A stretch of DNA of 64,000 bases from Syntrophales bacterium. GTDB taxonomy: Bacteria > Desulfobacterota > Syntrophia > Syntrophales > PHBD01. A model generated the notes under the pieces. It made no database searches. It had not been told where the DNA came from and worked only from the letters and a program-made list of their open reading frames with translations. Of this stretch, positions 8,483 to 17,512 are shown piece by piece; position 1 is the stretch's first letter, and every line of letters starts with the position of its first letter. A program made the position numbers and the translations under genes. The DNA lies in NCBI GenBank assembly GCA_963668175.1, contig OY764159.1:2080001-2144000 (forward strand), given 5' to 3'.

Positions 8483-11400
8483 TGGAAGCATTCCTTTCTG
8501 CATGAATCATAAATGCCCTGCTGAACACGCTTACAATCTGCACCGTATTTCACACTGTAAAACAATACTTCTTGTTCTAATCTTTGCCATAGCCTTTCCG
8601 CACACTTGTCCATGCACTTGTTATTGTCATCTGCACCACAGACTGATTTTCCGTGACTAACATTTTCCCCGTCTTTCAAAATCTTTCCTTTTACGATACC
8701 GATAATTGCATTATCTATCCTGGAATTAGGATCTCTGCCATATCCGCGACACACTTGCTTCCCGTCTGAGCCAGTCCAGCAATGATATTCATGTGCCGCC
8801 GGACCAACCTGAGCACCCCAAAGAGCATCCAAGCCTGAGCTGCATTGCTGTAATAGTCCTTCTGGATCTATAAAATTCGCTGGATTGTTTTGTACATATC
8901 CAAACAGATTTATGTTTCCACCCCTGAACCCAATGGGGTCTTTCGTCACGAATCGTCCTGCCTGGGGATCGTAGTATCTCGCGCGGTAGAAGTACATTCC
9001 GGTTTCGGAATCGTACTCCCGGCCGGTGAACATGAATGGCTGGCTGACGCCGCCTGTCGCAACGACATTTCCGAAGGCATCGTAGCCGTATGTCTGCACC
9101 ATCGTACCCGTCGCATCGCTCAATCCCGTGATCGATCCCAGGCCGTCGGCATGGTAGTAATAGGGCGTATAGCTTGCCCCGCTCTTTACCTCCACCGCCA
9201 GCGGTTCGTCGATGTTCGGCCCGTGGGTATACCGGGCTGTTATTTCATTGCTACTATTATACTCTAAGATAATCGATTTGTCATCAAAAATGTAATACGT
9301 TGTACGCGGGCAGGTGTTCGGGCTTGTGCAGAGATTTCCGATGCCGTCGCTGACGACGGTCTTCGACACCCTGCGGCCGAAGGGGTCGTAGGCGAAAGTC
9401 AACTGCCGGACCTGGCCGTTCCTGTTCATCTGAATGCCCGTCAGGCGGTTCTCGTCGTCGTACGTGTAGGTCGTCGTTTCGTTCCCGGGGGGGACGGCGT
9501 CGGCGTTTTTCGTCAGGCGGTTGCCCACCTCGTCGTAGGTGTAGGCCTCCGTCTGGTGGACGCCCCCCGTGGGCGCGGCCTGCGTCAGGCGGTAGACGTC
9601 GTCGTAGGCATAGGCGTAGCTCTCCGCCGGTGCGGTCCGGGTGAGGCGGTTGCCCGCGTTGTCGTGGGTGTAGGTTACGCTGTCGACGGGCGCGCTGTTC
9701 TTCGTTGTCGCAATCCCCGTGAGGCGGCTGCTGGCGTCGTAGCCGTAGGCGGAGACGGTCCCGTTGGGGAGGGTCCGGGACATTCTCCTGTTCGCCGCGT
9801 CGTAGGCGAAGTCGAAGTTCCCCAGGGCCGTGGCGATACGGGCGGGGAGGCCGTTGTTGTCGTAGGTGTAGGTCAGGGTCCTGTTCTCCGGCGTGACCAT
9901 CGTCTGCCGGTTGCCCGCCGCGTCGTAGGTGTACCGGATCGTCCGGCTGTTCCCATCGACGATTTGCGTGACGCGGTTGTTCGCGTCGTAGGTGAAGGTA
10001 TAGGCTATGGCGGCGTTCCCCGCATAGGTCATGTTGCCCGCGTCGTCGTACTGGAAAGTCGCCGTGGAGCTGTCCGAATAGGTCTTGCCCGTGAGGCGGT
10101 TGTTGCCGTCGTACGTATAGGTGACGGTCTTGCTGTCGGGCCGGGTCAGGGTGTGCAGGTTGCCGTTCGCATCGTACGTATACGTCGTCGTCTTGCTCAG
10201 CGGGTCCGTCTCCCTGGTCAGTTCCCCGCCGGTGTTGTATTCGTACGCGGTGATATGGCTTTTCGCGTCCGTCACCGCCGTCAGCTTGTCCACGCCCGTG
10301 CCGCAGCCGGAGCAGCCGGAGCCGCTGTAGGCGAGATTGGTGATGTTGCCCAGGGCGTCGGTGATCCGCGTGAGCTGGTCGCGGTAATTGTAGAGGTAGT
10401 GAGCGGCTTTCGTGTTGGCGTCGGTGGACGACAGGCGGTTGCCCTTATAGTCGTAGGTATAGGCCGTGACGCGGTTACCGGGGTCCGTTGCCTGCGTGAG
10501 CTGGTTCAGGCTGTTGTACTGGAAATACGTGGTGTTGCCCAGGGCGTCCTTCTGCGAAAGCATGTTGCCCAGGCCGTCGTAAGTCATCTCGACGACGCCC
10601 AGCTTCGGGTCGGTGACGAACCGCAGGTTGTCGTACTGGTCGTATTCGAGGGTCGTGGTTTTGTTCAGGGGGTTCGTGATGCTTGCGATGTTCCCCCTGG
10701 CGTCGTAACCATAGTACGTGACGGCGTTCCCCGGCGCGGCGACGGACGTCAGGTTGCCCGCCGTGTCGTAGCCGTACTGCGTGACGTTGCTCCGGGGGTC
10801 GGTGACGGTCTCCACCAGGTTCAGGGCGTTGTACGTGTACGCCGTGGTCTTGTTCAGCGGGTCCGTCGCGGTGTGGAGGTTGCCGTTGGCATAGTAGGTG
10901 TATGTCGTGTAGCCCCCGCCGGGGTCCGTCTTTTTCGTGATGTTCCGGTTGGCGTCGTATTCGTAGGTCGTCTTGTGGCCCTGCGGGTCCGTCTTCTCGA
11001 TGAGGACGCCCAGGGCCTGATCGTACTTGTACGTCCAGACGCCGTTGTCCCTCTCCGTCACGAGCGTCGTGGCCGTCGCCGGGTCGTACGCCACGGTCCG
11101 CGTCTTGCTTTCCGGGTCCAGGGCCTGCGTCACTTTATGATCGGCGTCGTAGGTGTACCGGGTCTCGTTGCCGTCCGGGTCGGTCTTCGTCAGCATGAAG
11201 AGCTGGGCGTCGTACGTGAAGCCCCAGGTCTTTGTCCCCATGGGGGTCTGGGAGGCGATTTGCGTGAGGGCGTCGCCCGTGTACGTGAAGGTGTGGGTGT
11301 TGTTGTTGGGGTCGGTGATCGTGTCGATCCGGTTCCCCGCGTTGTACGCGAAGCCGATGGACTTGCCCCTGGGGTCCGTCACGGTTTCGAGGTAGCCGTT

Positions 11401-12903
11401 GCCGTCGTATGTCAGGGAGAGGGTGTTGCCGTTCCTGTCGGCGATGCTCGCGAGCTTATCGGCGTTGAACGTATAGACGGTGCCGTCCCTGAAGGCGAGG
11501 GTGCCCACGTCGTCCTGGTTTACGCTGAGCACCGGGTAGGGGGAGTATTCGGGCCTGTAGACGCCGCCGTCCGGATACAGGACGGTCTTACCGCCGTCCC
11601 CCCAGACGACCGTGTAGTAATCGTTGTTCTGGAGGCTGATATTATAGGAATGCGTCCAGCCCGTGGCGAGGAGGCCGTTGGCCCTGTCCGTGCTGTTGTA
11701 GGTCAGGGCGAGGTCCGGCATGAGGCGGGAATTGGGCACCCTGAAGAGCGTCTGGGTGTGTTGAAGATTGCCGCTCGCCACATTCGCCGTCGAGCCGAAA
11801 ACGAGCTTGAGCATCTTGGGGCCGCACTTGTCGCCATCGCTGCTTTCCGTAATAGTGAAGGTTGTGGTGGCAATTGCCGTACATGATCCTACTGTGGCGG
11901 TCAGGACGGCGGCATAGGTATTTCCGGGATTCAGCGGTCTGGTGCTTGCTATGCTTTTCCAGGTTCCGTCGGCGCTGGTGCCCGTACCGCTCAGGATCGG
12001 TACGTCGTCTACTGCGATATTCCAGGTTATCCCGGCGGGATTCGAGCCGGCGATGGTGCCGTTGAAAGTGATCGTTCCGCCGGTGCTGGGATCGATCTTT
12101 GTGGACGAAGCGCTAAACGACGAGATCGAAAGGCTGCACGGGGACGTGAGGGCCGCGGGACAGCAGCCCGCGGTTTTCATGGCAGCCGTTCTTTTATCGT
12201 AAGGACTATGTTCAATGTTATAGCGTGCGGACCCGGGAAGAAAATAATAGGCACAGGTGTTTCCATCTCTACGGCATAACATGAGATTTATACCATCTCC
12301 ACCTGCAGTATACAAATCGTTATAGGCTGTGCTGTCATGCACACAATAACTATAATCTCCTGGATGACAGCCCCTGTCATTACAGATATCGGCGTCCTTG
12401 GTCCCGCTTATGCAGCACTTTGCCGCCGATTCTGTTCCATCGCACTTATACCCGGTGGTGCATATACTGGCCGTATAAACACTACATCCTGTACAATATT
12501 GTGGACAGCCAAATTGGCAATCCGAATATTTGCTAACGGTAAAATCGGAAAAGGTGCGATACGCTTCTGCCGTTGAGGTGGAACCGTTCACCGCAATCTG
12601 CACTTCAGCAATCTGGCCGCATTCGTCGGTGACGCGGACGACGGGATTGCTGGCGCAGTTGGGATTCGATGAGGGGGCCGTGTAGACGCCGGCCTGTGTG
12701 ATGCTCCCGCCGCCGGTAACCGACCAGGTTTTGGTTCCGTCGCACCCGCCGGAGGCCGTCAGCGTCTGGCTGGTGTTGACGGCCATGGTCGGCTGCGGCA
12801 CCGAAATCGTCAGCGGAACGGCCCAGGCCGCGCCTGTCCAAAGCAGAAGAAAACCGTACATAACGGCCGCCGGCAGAAGATATCGTCTCGCCTGTCTTTT
12901 CAT
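8479..12903 (-). CDS. rhs: Full-length Rhs/YD-repeat polymorphic toxin with N-terminal signal peptide
   Basis: 1474 aa; signal peptide ending AWA; many YD repeats (YTYDxxGN); core motif PANFIDPEGL; AT-rich variable CT. Confidence 0.95.
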   Translation of the reverse strand: MKRQARRYLLPAAVMYGFLLLWTGAAWAVPLTISVPQPTMAVNTSQTLTASGGCDGTKTWSVTGGGSITQAGVYTAPSSNPNCASNPVVRVTDECGQIAEVQIAVNGSTSTAEAYRTFSDFTVSKYSDCQFGCPQYCTGCSVYTASICTTGYKCDGTESAAKCCISGTKDADICNDRGCHPGDYSYCVHDSTAYNDLYTAGGDGINLMLCRRDGNTCAYYFLPGSARYNIEHSPYDKRTAAMKTAGCCPAALTSPCSLSISSFSASSTKIDPSTGGTITFNGTIAGSNPAGITWNIAVDDVPILSGTGTSADGTWKSIASTRPLNPGNTYAAVLTATVGSCTAIATTTFTITESSDGDKCGPKMLKLVFGSTANVASGNLQHTQTLFRVPNSRLMPDLALTYNSTDRANGLLATGWTHSYNISLQNNDYYTVVWGDGGKTVLYPDGGVYRPEYSPYPVLSVNQDDVGTLAFRDGTVYTFNADKLASIADRNGNTLSLTYDGNGYLETVTDPRGKSIGFAYNAGNRIDTITDPNNNTHTFTYTGDALTQIASQTPMGTKTWGFTYDAQLFMLTKTDPDGNETRYTYDADHKVTQALDPESKTRTVAYDPATATTLVTERDNGVWTYKYDQALGVLIEKTDPQGHKTTYEYDANRNITKKTDPGGGYTTYTYYANGNLHTATDPLNKTTAYTYNALNLVETVTDPRSNVTQYGYDTAGNLTSVAAPGNAVTYYGYDARGNIASITNPLNKTTTLEYDQYDNLRFVTDPKLGVVEMTYDGLGNMLSQKDALGNTTYFQYNSLNQLTQATDPGNRVTAYTYDYKGNRLSSTDANTKAAHYLYNYRDQLTRITDALGNITNLAYSGSGCSGCGTGVDKLTAVTDAKSHITAYEYNTGGELTRETDPLSKTTTYTYDANGNLHTLTRPDSKTVTYTYDGNNRLTGKTYSDSSTATFQYDDAGNMTYAGNAAIAYTFTYDANNRVTQIVDGNSRTIRYTYDAAGNRQTMVTPENRTLTYTYDNNGLPARIATALGNFDFAYDAANRRMSRTLPNGTVSAYGYDASSRLTGIATTKNSAPVDSVTYTHDNAGNRLTRTAPAESYAYAYDDVYRLTQAAPTGGVHQTEAYTYDEVGNRLTKNADAVPPGNETTTYTYDDENRLTGIQMNRNGQVRQLTFAYDPFGRRVSKTVVSDGIGNLCTSPNTCPRTTYYIFDDKSIILEYNSSNEITARYTHGPNIDEPLAVEVKSGASYTPYYYHADGLGSITGLSDATGTMVQTYGYDAFGNVVATGGVSQPFMFTGREYDSETGMYFYRARYYDPQAGRFVTKDPIGFRGGNINLFGYVQNNPANFIDPEGLLQQCSSGLDALWGAQVGPAAHEYHCWTGSDGKQVCRGYGRDPNSRIDNAIIGIVKGKILKDGENVSHGKSVCGADDNNKCMDKCAERLWQRLEQEVLFYSVKYGADCKRVQQGIYDSCRKECFQ

Positions 12904-13020
12904 TGCCCCTGTCTCCCGATTGTGGATTGCGGTTCGGCGGCGTTCCGTCCGTGGCGGTTTCGGCGGCTTCGCGGCGAAGCCTCGAAGGCCGCGGCCGGGG
13001 GACGCGCCTCATCGGGAGGG

Positions 13021-13120
13021 ATGATATCACCGGGTTTGGCGGCGGATGGGCGGATAGCGGGCTTTCGCGGGGTTTCCGGGGGGGCTTCGGGGGGTGTTTC
13101 GGGGGTTATCGGGGTGTTAT
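13021..13120 (-). promoter_or_regulatory. Putative rhs promoter: six 11-bp phased degenerate direct repeats plus extended -10 (TGATATCAT)
   Basis: Minus strand ataacaccccg/ataacccccga/aacaccccccg/aagcccccccg/gaaaccccgcg/aaagcccgcta at 13120-13055; TGnTATCAT at 13029-13021. Confidence 0.5.
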
Positions 13121-13281
13121 TTTTCTTGACGGGTTTTCGGATACGGTCAGGGGCGGACGCACGGACGAAGCGGTGAACGGGCTGCCCGTTTACGGACCCT
13201 GACAGCCTTTTTATGGAAGGGCCGGCGGCTTTTTTCCTGTGAAAACGGTCGAAGCGGGTTCCCGAAAAACGTAATTATCGC

Positions 13282-13524
13282 TCACTCCCCGCCGTGTTCC
13301 GGTCTGCCGTTCTCCCGGACGGAAAAGCGCGTGTAGGCCCTGAAGTACTCGTCGATGTTGTCCGCGTAGGCGAGCCAGCGGCTGTCCTCGAAGCGGGCGG
13401 GCATGCCCCGGCCGATGTACTTCTTGAACATATATTCGGAGCAGGGCTCGCCGGATATCTTCCGGATGTACCCCTGGATCGCCTGCTTGCTCGTCAAAAG
13501 CTTGATCTGATTTTCCTCGCCCAT
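13282..13524 (-). CDS. Small phage-type DNA-binding protein (Xis/Nu1/MerR-like winged HTH)
   Basis: GGGAGG RBS; 80 aa; FKKYIGRGMPA...RWLA pattern like Nu1/Xis-type HTH. Confidence 0.6.
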   Translation of the reverse strand: MGEENQIKLLTSKQAIQGYIRKISGEPCSEYMFKKYIGRGMPARFEDSRWLAYADNIDEYFRAYTRFSVRENGRPEHGGE

Positions 13525-13785
13525 GGCTTCGCCTCCCGTCGGCTTTTTGCCGGACCGTTTCCCCGATTCTTTGTCGTCGTCCGATGACCGCAAGTATTCC
13601 ATAAATGAAATTATTAATCAACAAATAATTGCACAAATAGAATATGCGGCCGGGCTGCGCCGGACGTCGTTATGTGCAAGGCGGCGTTGCAATGGCGTTT
13701 ATTGATTACGTAAGGTGCGAAAGATATGGGCGATTATTCCTGACGAGGCACGAAGGAGGCCGGGGATCGGAGGGATTCGGCGCGC

Positions 13786-14607
13786 TTATCGGCCCGCCTT
13801 CCGGTTCTTCAGGGCTCTTGCGGCCTTCACGAGGACGTAGGCCGTAAGCAGCCCGCCGGCAAAAATACCGAAGAATAGGACCGTTGAAAGGACCGTCGCT
13901 TTCAGGTGATCCAGGGAGAAAAACGCCAGGTCCTTTACCAGTCCGGGAAAGAAGAGGAATCCTAAAATCACCTGAACAAGGTGGCATCCCAGCGCCAGGA
14001 AAAATGCGAGCCAAAATAGCTGCCGAACAGGAAGCTTCATCACGGCGGCGAACAACAGAGCGGTCATGGCTGCGAAGAAGACAACGTAGGTTATATCCTT
14101 GCCGGGATCGGCAAAACGGCTCTGGGCAATGCCGATAAAGGCGAGAAGGGAAACGAGCTCGATCAGGAGGCCCCACGCCGTTATTTTTGTCAGATCTTTC
14201 TTTATCAGCGGTTGTGCGGTTTTCGCAATCTTCACAAGAACGAAGGCCGAAAACAGCCCGCCCGCGGAGTGAGCTAAATATATAACCGTCCCGCGGACTA
14301 TGTGTTCTAAGTGAAGAAGGGAAAAGAACTCTATGCCTTTCACCAGGCCGGGAAAGAAGAGGTAGCCTAAAATATCCTCAATGATTTTACACCCCAGTGC
14401 GAGGAAAAACGCGAGTAGAAAGAGATGCCGCACAGACAGACGCAGAACGGCGTAAATCGATAGGGCGGCCATAGCCGCATAGGAGACGATTTCGACGATT
14501 TCCTTGCCGGGATCGGCCAGGTTGGAATGGGCGATGCGGATGAAAACAACAATGGCGATGAGCTCGATCAAGAGACCCCATGCCGCGATTTTCGCCAGAT
14601 CTTTCAT
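13786..14607 (-). CDS. Membrane protein made of two tandem homologous halves; putative immunity
   Basis: KDLxKIxAWGLLIEL...ADPGK...LAFFLALGC...LFFPGLVK occurs twice; ATGA overlap with the upstream gene. Confidence 0.75.
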   Translation of the reverse strand: MKDLAKIAAWGLLIELIAIVVFIRIAHSNLADPGKEIVEIVSYAAMAALSIYAVLRLSVRHLFLLAFFLALGCKIIEDILGYLFFPGLVKGIEFFSLLHLEHIVRGTVIYLAHSAGGLFSAFVLVKIAKTAQPLIKKDLTKITAWGLLIELVSLLAFIGIAQSRFADPGKDITYVVFFAAMTALLFAAVMKLPVRQLFWLAFFLALGCHLVQVILGFLFFPGLVKDLAFFSLDHLKATVLSTVLFFGIFAGGLLTAYVLVKAARALKNRKAGR

Positions 14608-15137
14608 TGTCTCACGATGACAAGAATGGGCTCCATATGCATCATTAATTTCGGTAATAACTCCTTATCACGATTCCCGATATTAATGCAACCCCCTGTT
14701 CCGATATGTGTGCCGCCGTGTAAATAGAATCCTGTTCTACCATAGGTGTCGGTTCCATCGGGAAGGAGTGCCGCCCGGTAGTTACCCCATGCTGCTCGAT
14801 CTTGAGGTCTCACGTCTTCGATTTTTGAGGGATCTAAAAGATATGTTCCGGGAGGAATGGGGCCTTTCCAGGGGATAGATGGATCTTTCTCTCCTGGTTG
14901 GCCGCTCTGAGCTGGATAGGAACCTATGAGCTTTCCACCCGAGCCGTAATAATGGACGTATCCGTCCTCGAAAATCAGCATGGGCCGCCGCCAGAGGTGT
15001 TCCCTGACGGTTACGCCGTCCTGATCGACGTCCTCAATAATATCCCGATCCTTGTCGTAATAACGATATTTCCCATCCTCAAAGATCAGGACAGGGGAAT
15101 TAGAACTCTCATTTTTGTTGTTCGTACTGTCTGCCAT
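14604..15137 (-). CDS. Tlde1/DUF2778-family (L,D-transpeptidase-fold) protein
   Basis: GPIPPGTY...RTGFYLHGG...GGCI motif set; AAGGAG RBS. Confidence 0.8.
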   Translation of the reverse strand: MADSTNNKNESSNSPVLIFEDGKYRYYDKDRDIIEDVDQDGVTVREHLWRRPMLIFEDGYVHYYGSGGKLIGSYPAQSGQPGEKDPSIPWKGPIPPGTYLLDPSKIEDVRPQDRAAWGNYRAALLPDGTDTYGRTGFYLHGGTHIGTGGCINIGNRDKELLPKLMMHMEPILVIVRQ

Positions 15138-15564
15138 GATTTGTTTGTCTCCTTTCTTGGCCCGCCTCTCAAGGCGGGGCCGCAGGGGGAGGTTCTTAAA
15201 AAAATGCTTCGGACCCTGCGGCGTCAGGTGGGTAAATAGGTAAATCTTAACGTCCGGGAATGGCGGCGGTTCGCGGGATATCCGGGGGACGCCGCCGAAT
15301 GCGGGGCATGTAACAACAAAAGGGAGCCGGCGGCTTTTTTGTTACGGTCAACCTTTATCCATACACACAGGCCGGGAGATGTCTCGGGGCAGGAGAACGT
15401 GCGGCCGTTTTCGATGCCGATAAACGCTGTCCGCACACGCAAGCAGCACCGTGCGGGTACGGCGGCACGAAAGCAACCGGCCGCACCGCGCCGCATCGAT
15501 CTCCATGCTCCGCGCATGGACAACACGGCGCAGGAAAACCCTCCGCGCTGCCATGAAAAAGCGA

Positions 15565-15954
15565 TCAAAAGGGCAGGCCGTTTCCGTCGCCGTTTTCGCC
15601 GTTCGGGCCGTCGCCATTACCGGCCGCCTTCCTGCTTTCCAGGATTCGGAGCGACGTGGCGACGATCTCCGTCGTCATGCGGCGGGAACCGTCCCGGTCC
15701 TCCCAGGGGCGCGTCCGGATCTTGCCCTCGATGTAGAGCAGGGCCCCCCGCTCGGCGCCGCTTGCGGCATGCTCCGCGAGGTCGCCCTTGACGACGACCT
15801 TGTGCCATTCCGTCCGGCTCTGGGGCTTGCCTTCCTTGTCCTTCCACCGGTCCACTGTGGCGACGGACAGGCTCACGACCATGACGGCGTCGGGTGTGTA
15901 GCGCACTTCGGGGTCGATGCCGAGGCGGCCGACGAGGAAGACCTTGTTGATCAT
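15565..15954 (-). CDS. ssb: Single-stranded DNA-binding protein (phage-type)
   Basis: MINKVFLVGRLGIDPEVRYT...TEWH...YIEGKIRTR.W; C-terminal LPF; ATGA coupling with erf. Confidence 0.93.
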   Translation of the reverse strand: MINKVFLVGRLGIDPEVRYTPDAVMVVSLSVATVDRWKDKEGKPQSRTEWHKVVVKGDLAEHAASGAERGALLYIEGKIRTRPWEDRDGSRRMTTEIVATSLRILESRKAAGNGDGPNGENGDGNGLPF

Positions 15955-16859
15955 GGTTCCTCGCCGCCTCCGGGGTCCGCCCAGAGGCCGAACGCCTCGC
16001 GGGCGCTCGCCCAGTTCTCGATGAGGCTCTTGGCATTCTTCCTGAGCATCGTGGCGAAGGAGGGCTTGCCGTGCTTCCTGCCGAGCCAGCGGACGGCCAG
16101 GAGCCATTCCTTGAAGAGGGCGCGGTCGATGCCGGCTTCGCGGATCAGGGCCTCGATCTTCTTGTGCATGGGCGACCCGGCGATAAGCATCGCGCCCGAT
16201 CCCGCGCCGCGTCCCCCGGGGGCCGCTTTTGCGGCGGCATGATCGCGTCCGGCCGCTGCCGCGCCGCCTGCGGGATTTTCGGACGTTGCGGGCGTTCCGC
16301 CGTCGGCGTCGGCGCCGGTCCCGGCCTGCGCCGGTCTTGCGTCGGCCGCCGGATTGCTTCCGCCGGAAGACGGTTCCGCCTGGCCTGCGGCCTCCGCCTT
16401 TTTTTCTGCTGCCGTTCCGGCGTCCTCGCGCCTTTTCCCGGGAGGCCGTTTAGGTTCCGCATCGGGATCGTCCCCGTCCGTGGGGATGTTGAAAAACCTG
16501 AGGAGGAAATACTTCTCCGCGTAGGTGAGGGCCTTGCCCACGCCCTTCTCGCCCTCGTCGAGGCCCTGGCCCACCCACTGGCAGGCGATGCGCTCGTCGG
16601 GGTTGTCGGCGTTCACCCAGGTGAATTCGATGTTGAGGACGGTGAAGTAGAGGCGGTCGCCCCGTTTGGTCTGGTGTTCGAGGACGCGCTCCGAGGCGAG
16701 GCGGGGGATAAGGAGAAGCCCGTGGGCATCCATCGCCTGCCGGAGCGCGCCCAATATCCGGGACGAGGATACGAACCGGACCCGTGCGCCCCGGCTGTTC
16801 TTGGAAAGCGCGGGGACGGCCTTCCGGACCTCGATCAGCTTCCGGTAGATGTTCGTCAT
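15951..16859 (-). CDS. erf: ERF-family single-strand annealing recombinase
   Basis: GQGLDEGEKGVGKALTYAEKYFL...FNIPT..DDPD signature; adjacent to ssb. Confidence 0.88.
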   Translation of the reverse strand: MTNIYRKLIEVRKAVPALSKNSRGARVRFVSSSRILGALRQAMDAHGLLLIPRLASERVLEHQTKRGDRLYFTVLNIEFTWVNADNPDERIACQWVGQGLDEGEKGVGKALTYAEKYFLLRFFNIPTDGDDPDAEPKRPPGKRREDAGTAAEKKAEAAGQAEPSSGGSNPAADARPAQAGTGADADGGTPATSENPAGGAAAAGRDHAAAKAAPGGRGAGSGAMLIAGSPMHKKIEALIREAGIDRALFKEWLLAVRWLGRKHGKPSFATMLRKNAKSLIENWASAREAFGLWADPGGGEEP

Positions 16860-17185
16860 GGGGTCCTGCCGCCCGCGTGCGGTCCGCAGCCGTCCGTGCA
16901 GGACGCCTGGCCCGCTGCTGCGTCCGTTTCGCCGCCGTCCGCGCGGGATGCGGGGCTTGCGCTTTCGTCGGCCGTTCCGTTGTGCCGCGTGCAGACGCCG
17001 GCCCCTGCGTGCGCTCCGCAGCAGGCTTCGGGATGTTCCCGTTGCGGCGCGGGGATATGCTGCGCGAGCGAGGAGAGGGCGGCCTGTATGGCCCGGATCT
17101 CTTTGCAGTCGCGGTCGTCCCAGCGGTCCTTGTGCTGGATGGCCGTCAGACGCTGCCGCAGGCTCTCTCTCGTTTCGGCGGTCAT
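16856..17185 (-). CDS. Hypothetical phage-like protein
   Basis: ATGA-coupled at both ends within the erf/ssb operon. Confidence 0.55.
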   Translation of the reverse strand: MTAETRESLRQRLTAIQHKDRWDDRDCKEIRAIQAALSSLAQHIPAPQREHPEACCGAHAGAGVCTRHNGTADESASPASRADGGETDAAAGQASCTDGCGPHAGGRTP

Positions 17186-17403
17186 GATGCGGCGGCGGCC
17201 AGCGTAACGGCGAGGATGAAGGCCAGCGCCGAGGCGAAGCCGATCAGAAACCATGCCGCGTGGGCAAGGGCCGACCCCAGCGAATCTGCATCCCCGCCGT
17301 TCAGGGCCGGGAGCCTTTCGCCGATCCCCCGCCTTTCCGGTTTCGCGGAATAGATCGCGAGGCGCTCCTCGGCGGAGATGCCATCGGAGAATGTCTGTTT
17401 CAT
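17182..17403 (-). CDS. Small hypothetical protein with C-terminal TM helix
   Basis: GGAGG RBS at 17411-17415; ATGA coupling to the next gene. Confidence 0.6.
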   Translation of the reverse strand: MKQTFSDGISAEERLAIYSAKPERRGIGERLPALNGGDADSLGSALAHAAWFLIGFASALAFILAVTLAAAAS

Positions 17404-17416
17404 GGACCGGCCTCCA

Positions 17417-17512
17417 CAGGCTGTTGAAAAACGCCCATCTGTCGCTTGTCACCTTCAGGTGACGCTGTGCCCCCTGCATAGGGGGCTCATAAACTGGATT
17501 TCCAAAAAGCTG
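17417..17512. mobile_element. MITE-like ~100-bp element with internal hairpins
   Basis: Ends AGGCTGTTGAAAAACGCCC and TTTCCAAAAAGCTG; related copy at 55984-56095. Confidence 0.5.

Noticed and set aside
155..9220. Diversity-generating retroelement or integron as explanation for the cassette repeats
   Set aside because: No reverse transcriptase or integron integrase, differences are not adenine-specific, and no attC structure is evident
9556..11886. 776-aa plus-strand ORF
   Set aside because: Antisense shadow of the GC-rich rhs gene; no motifs
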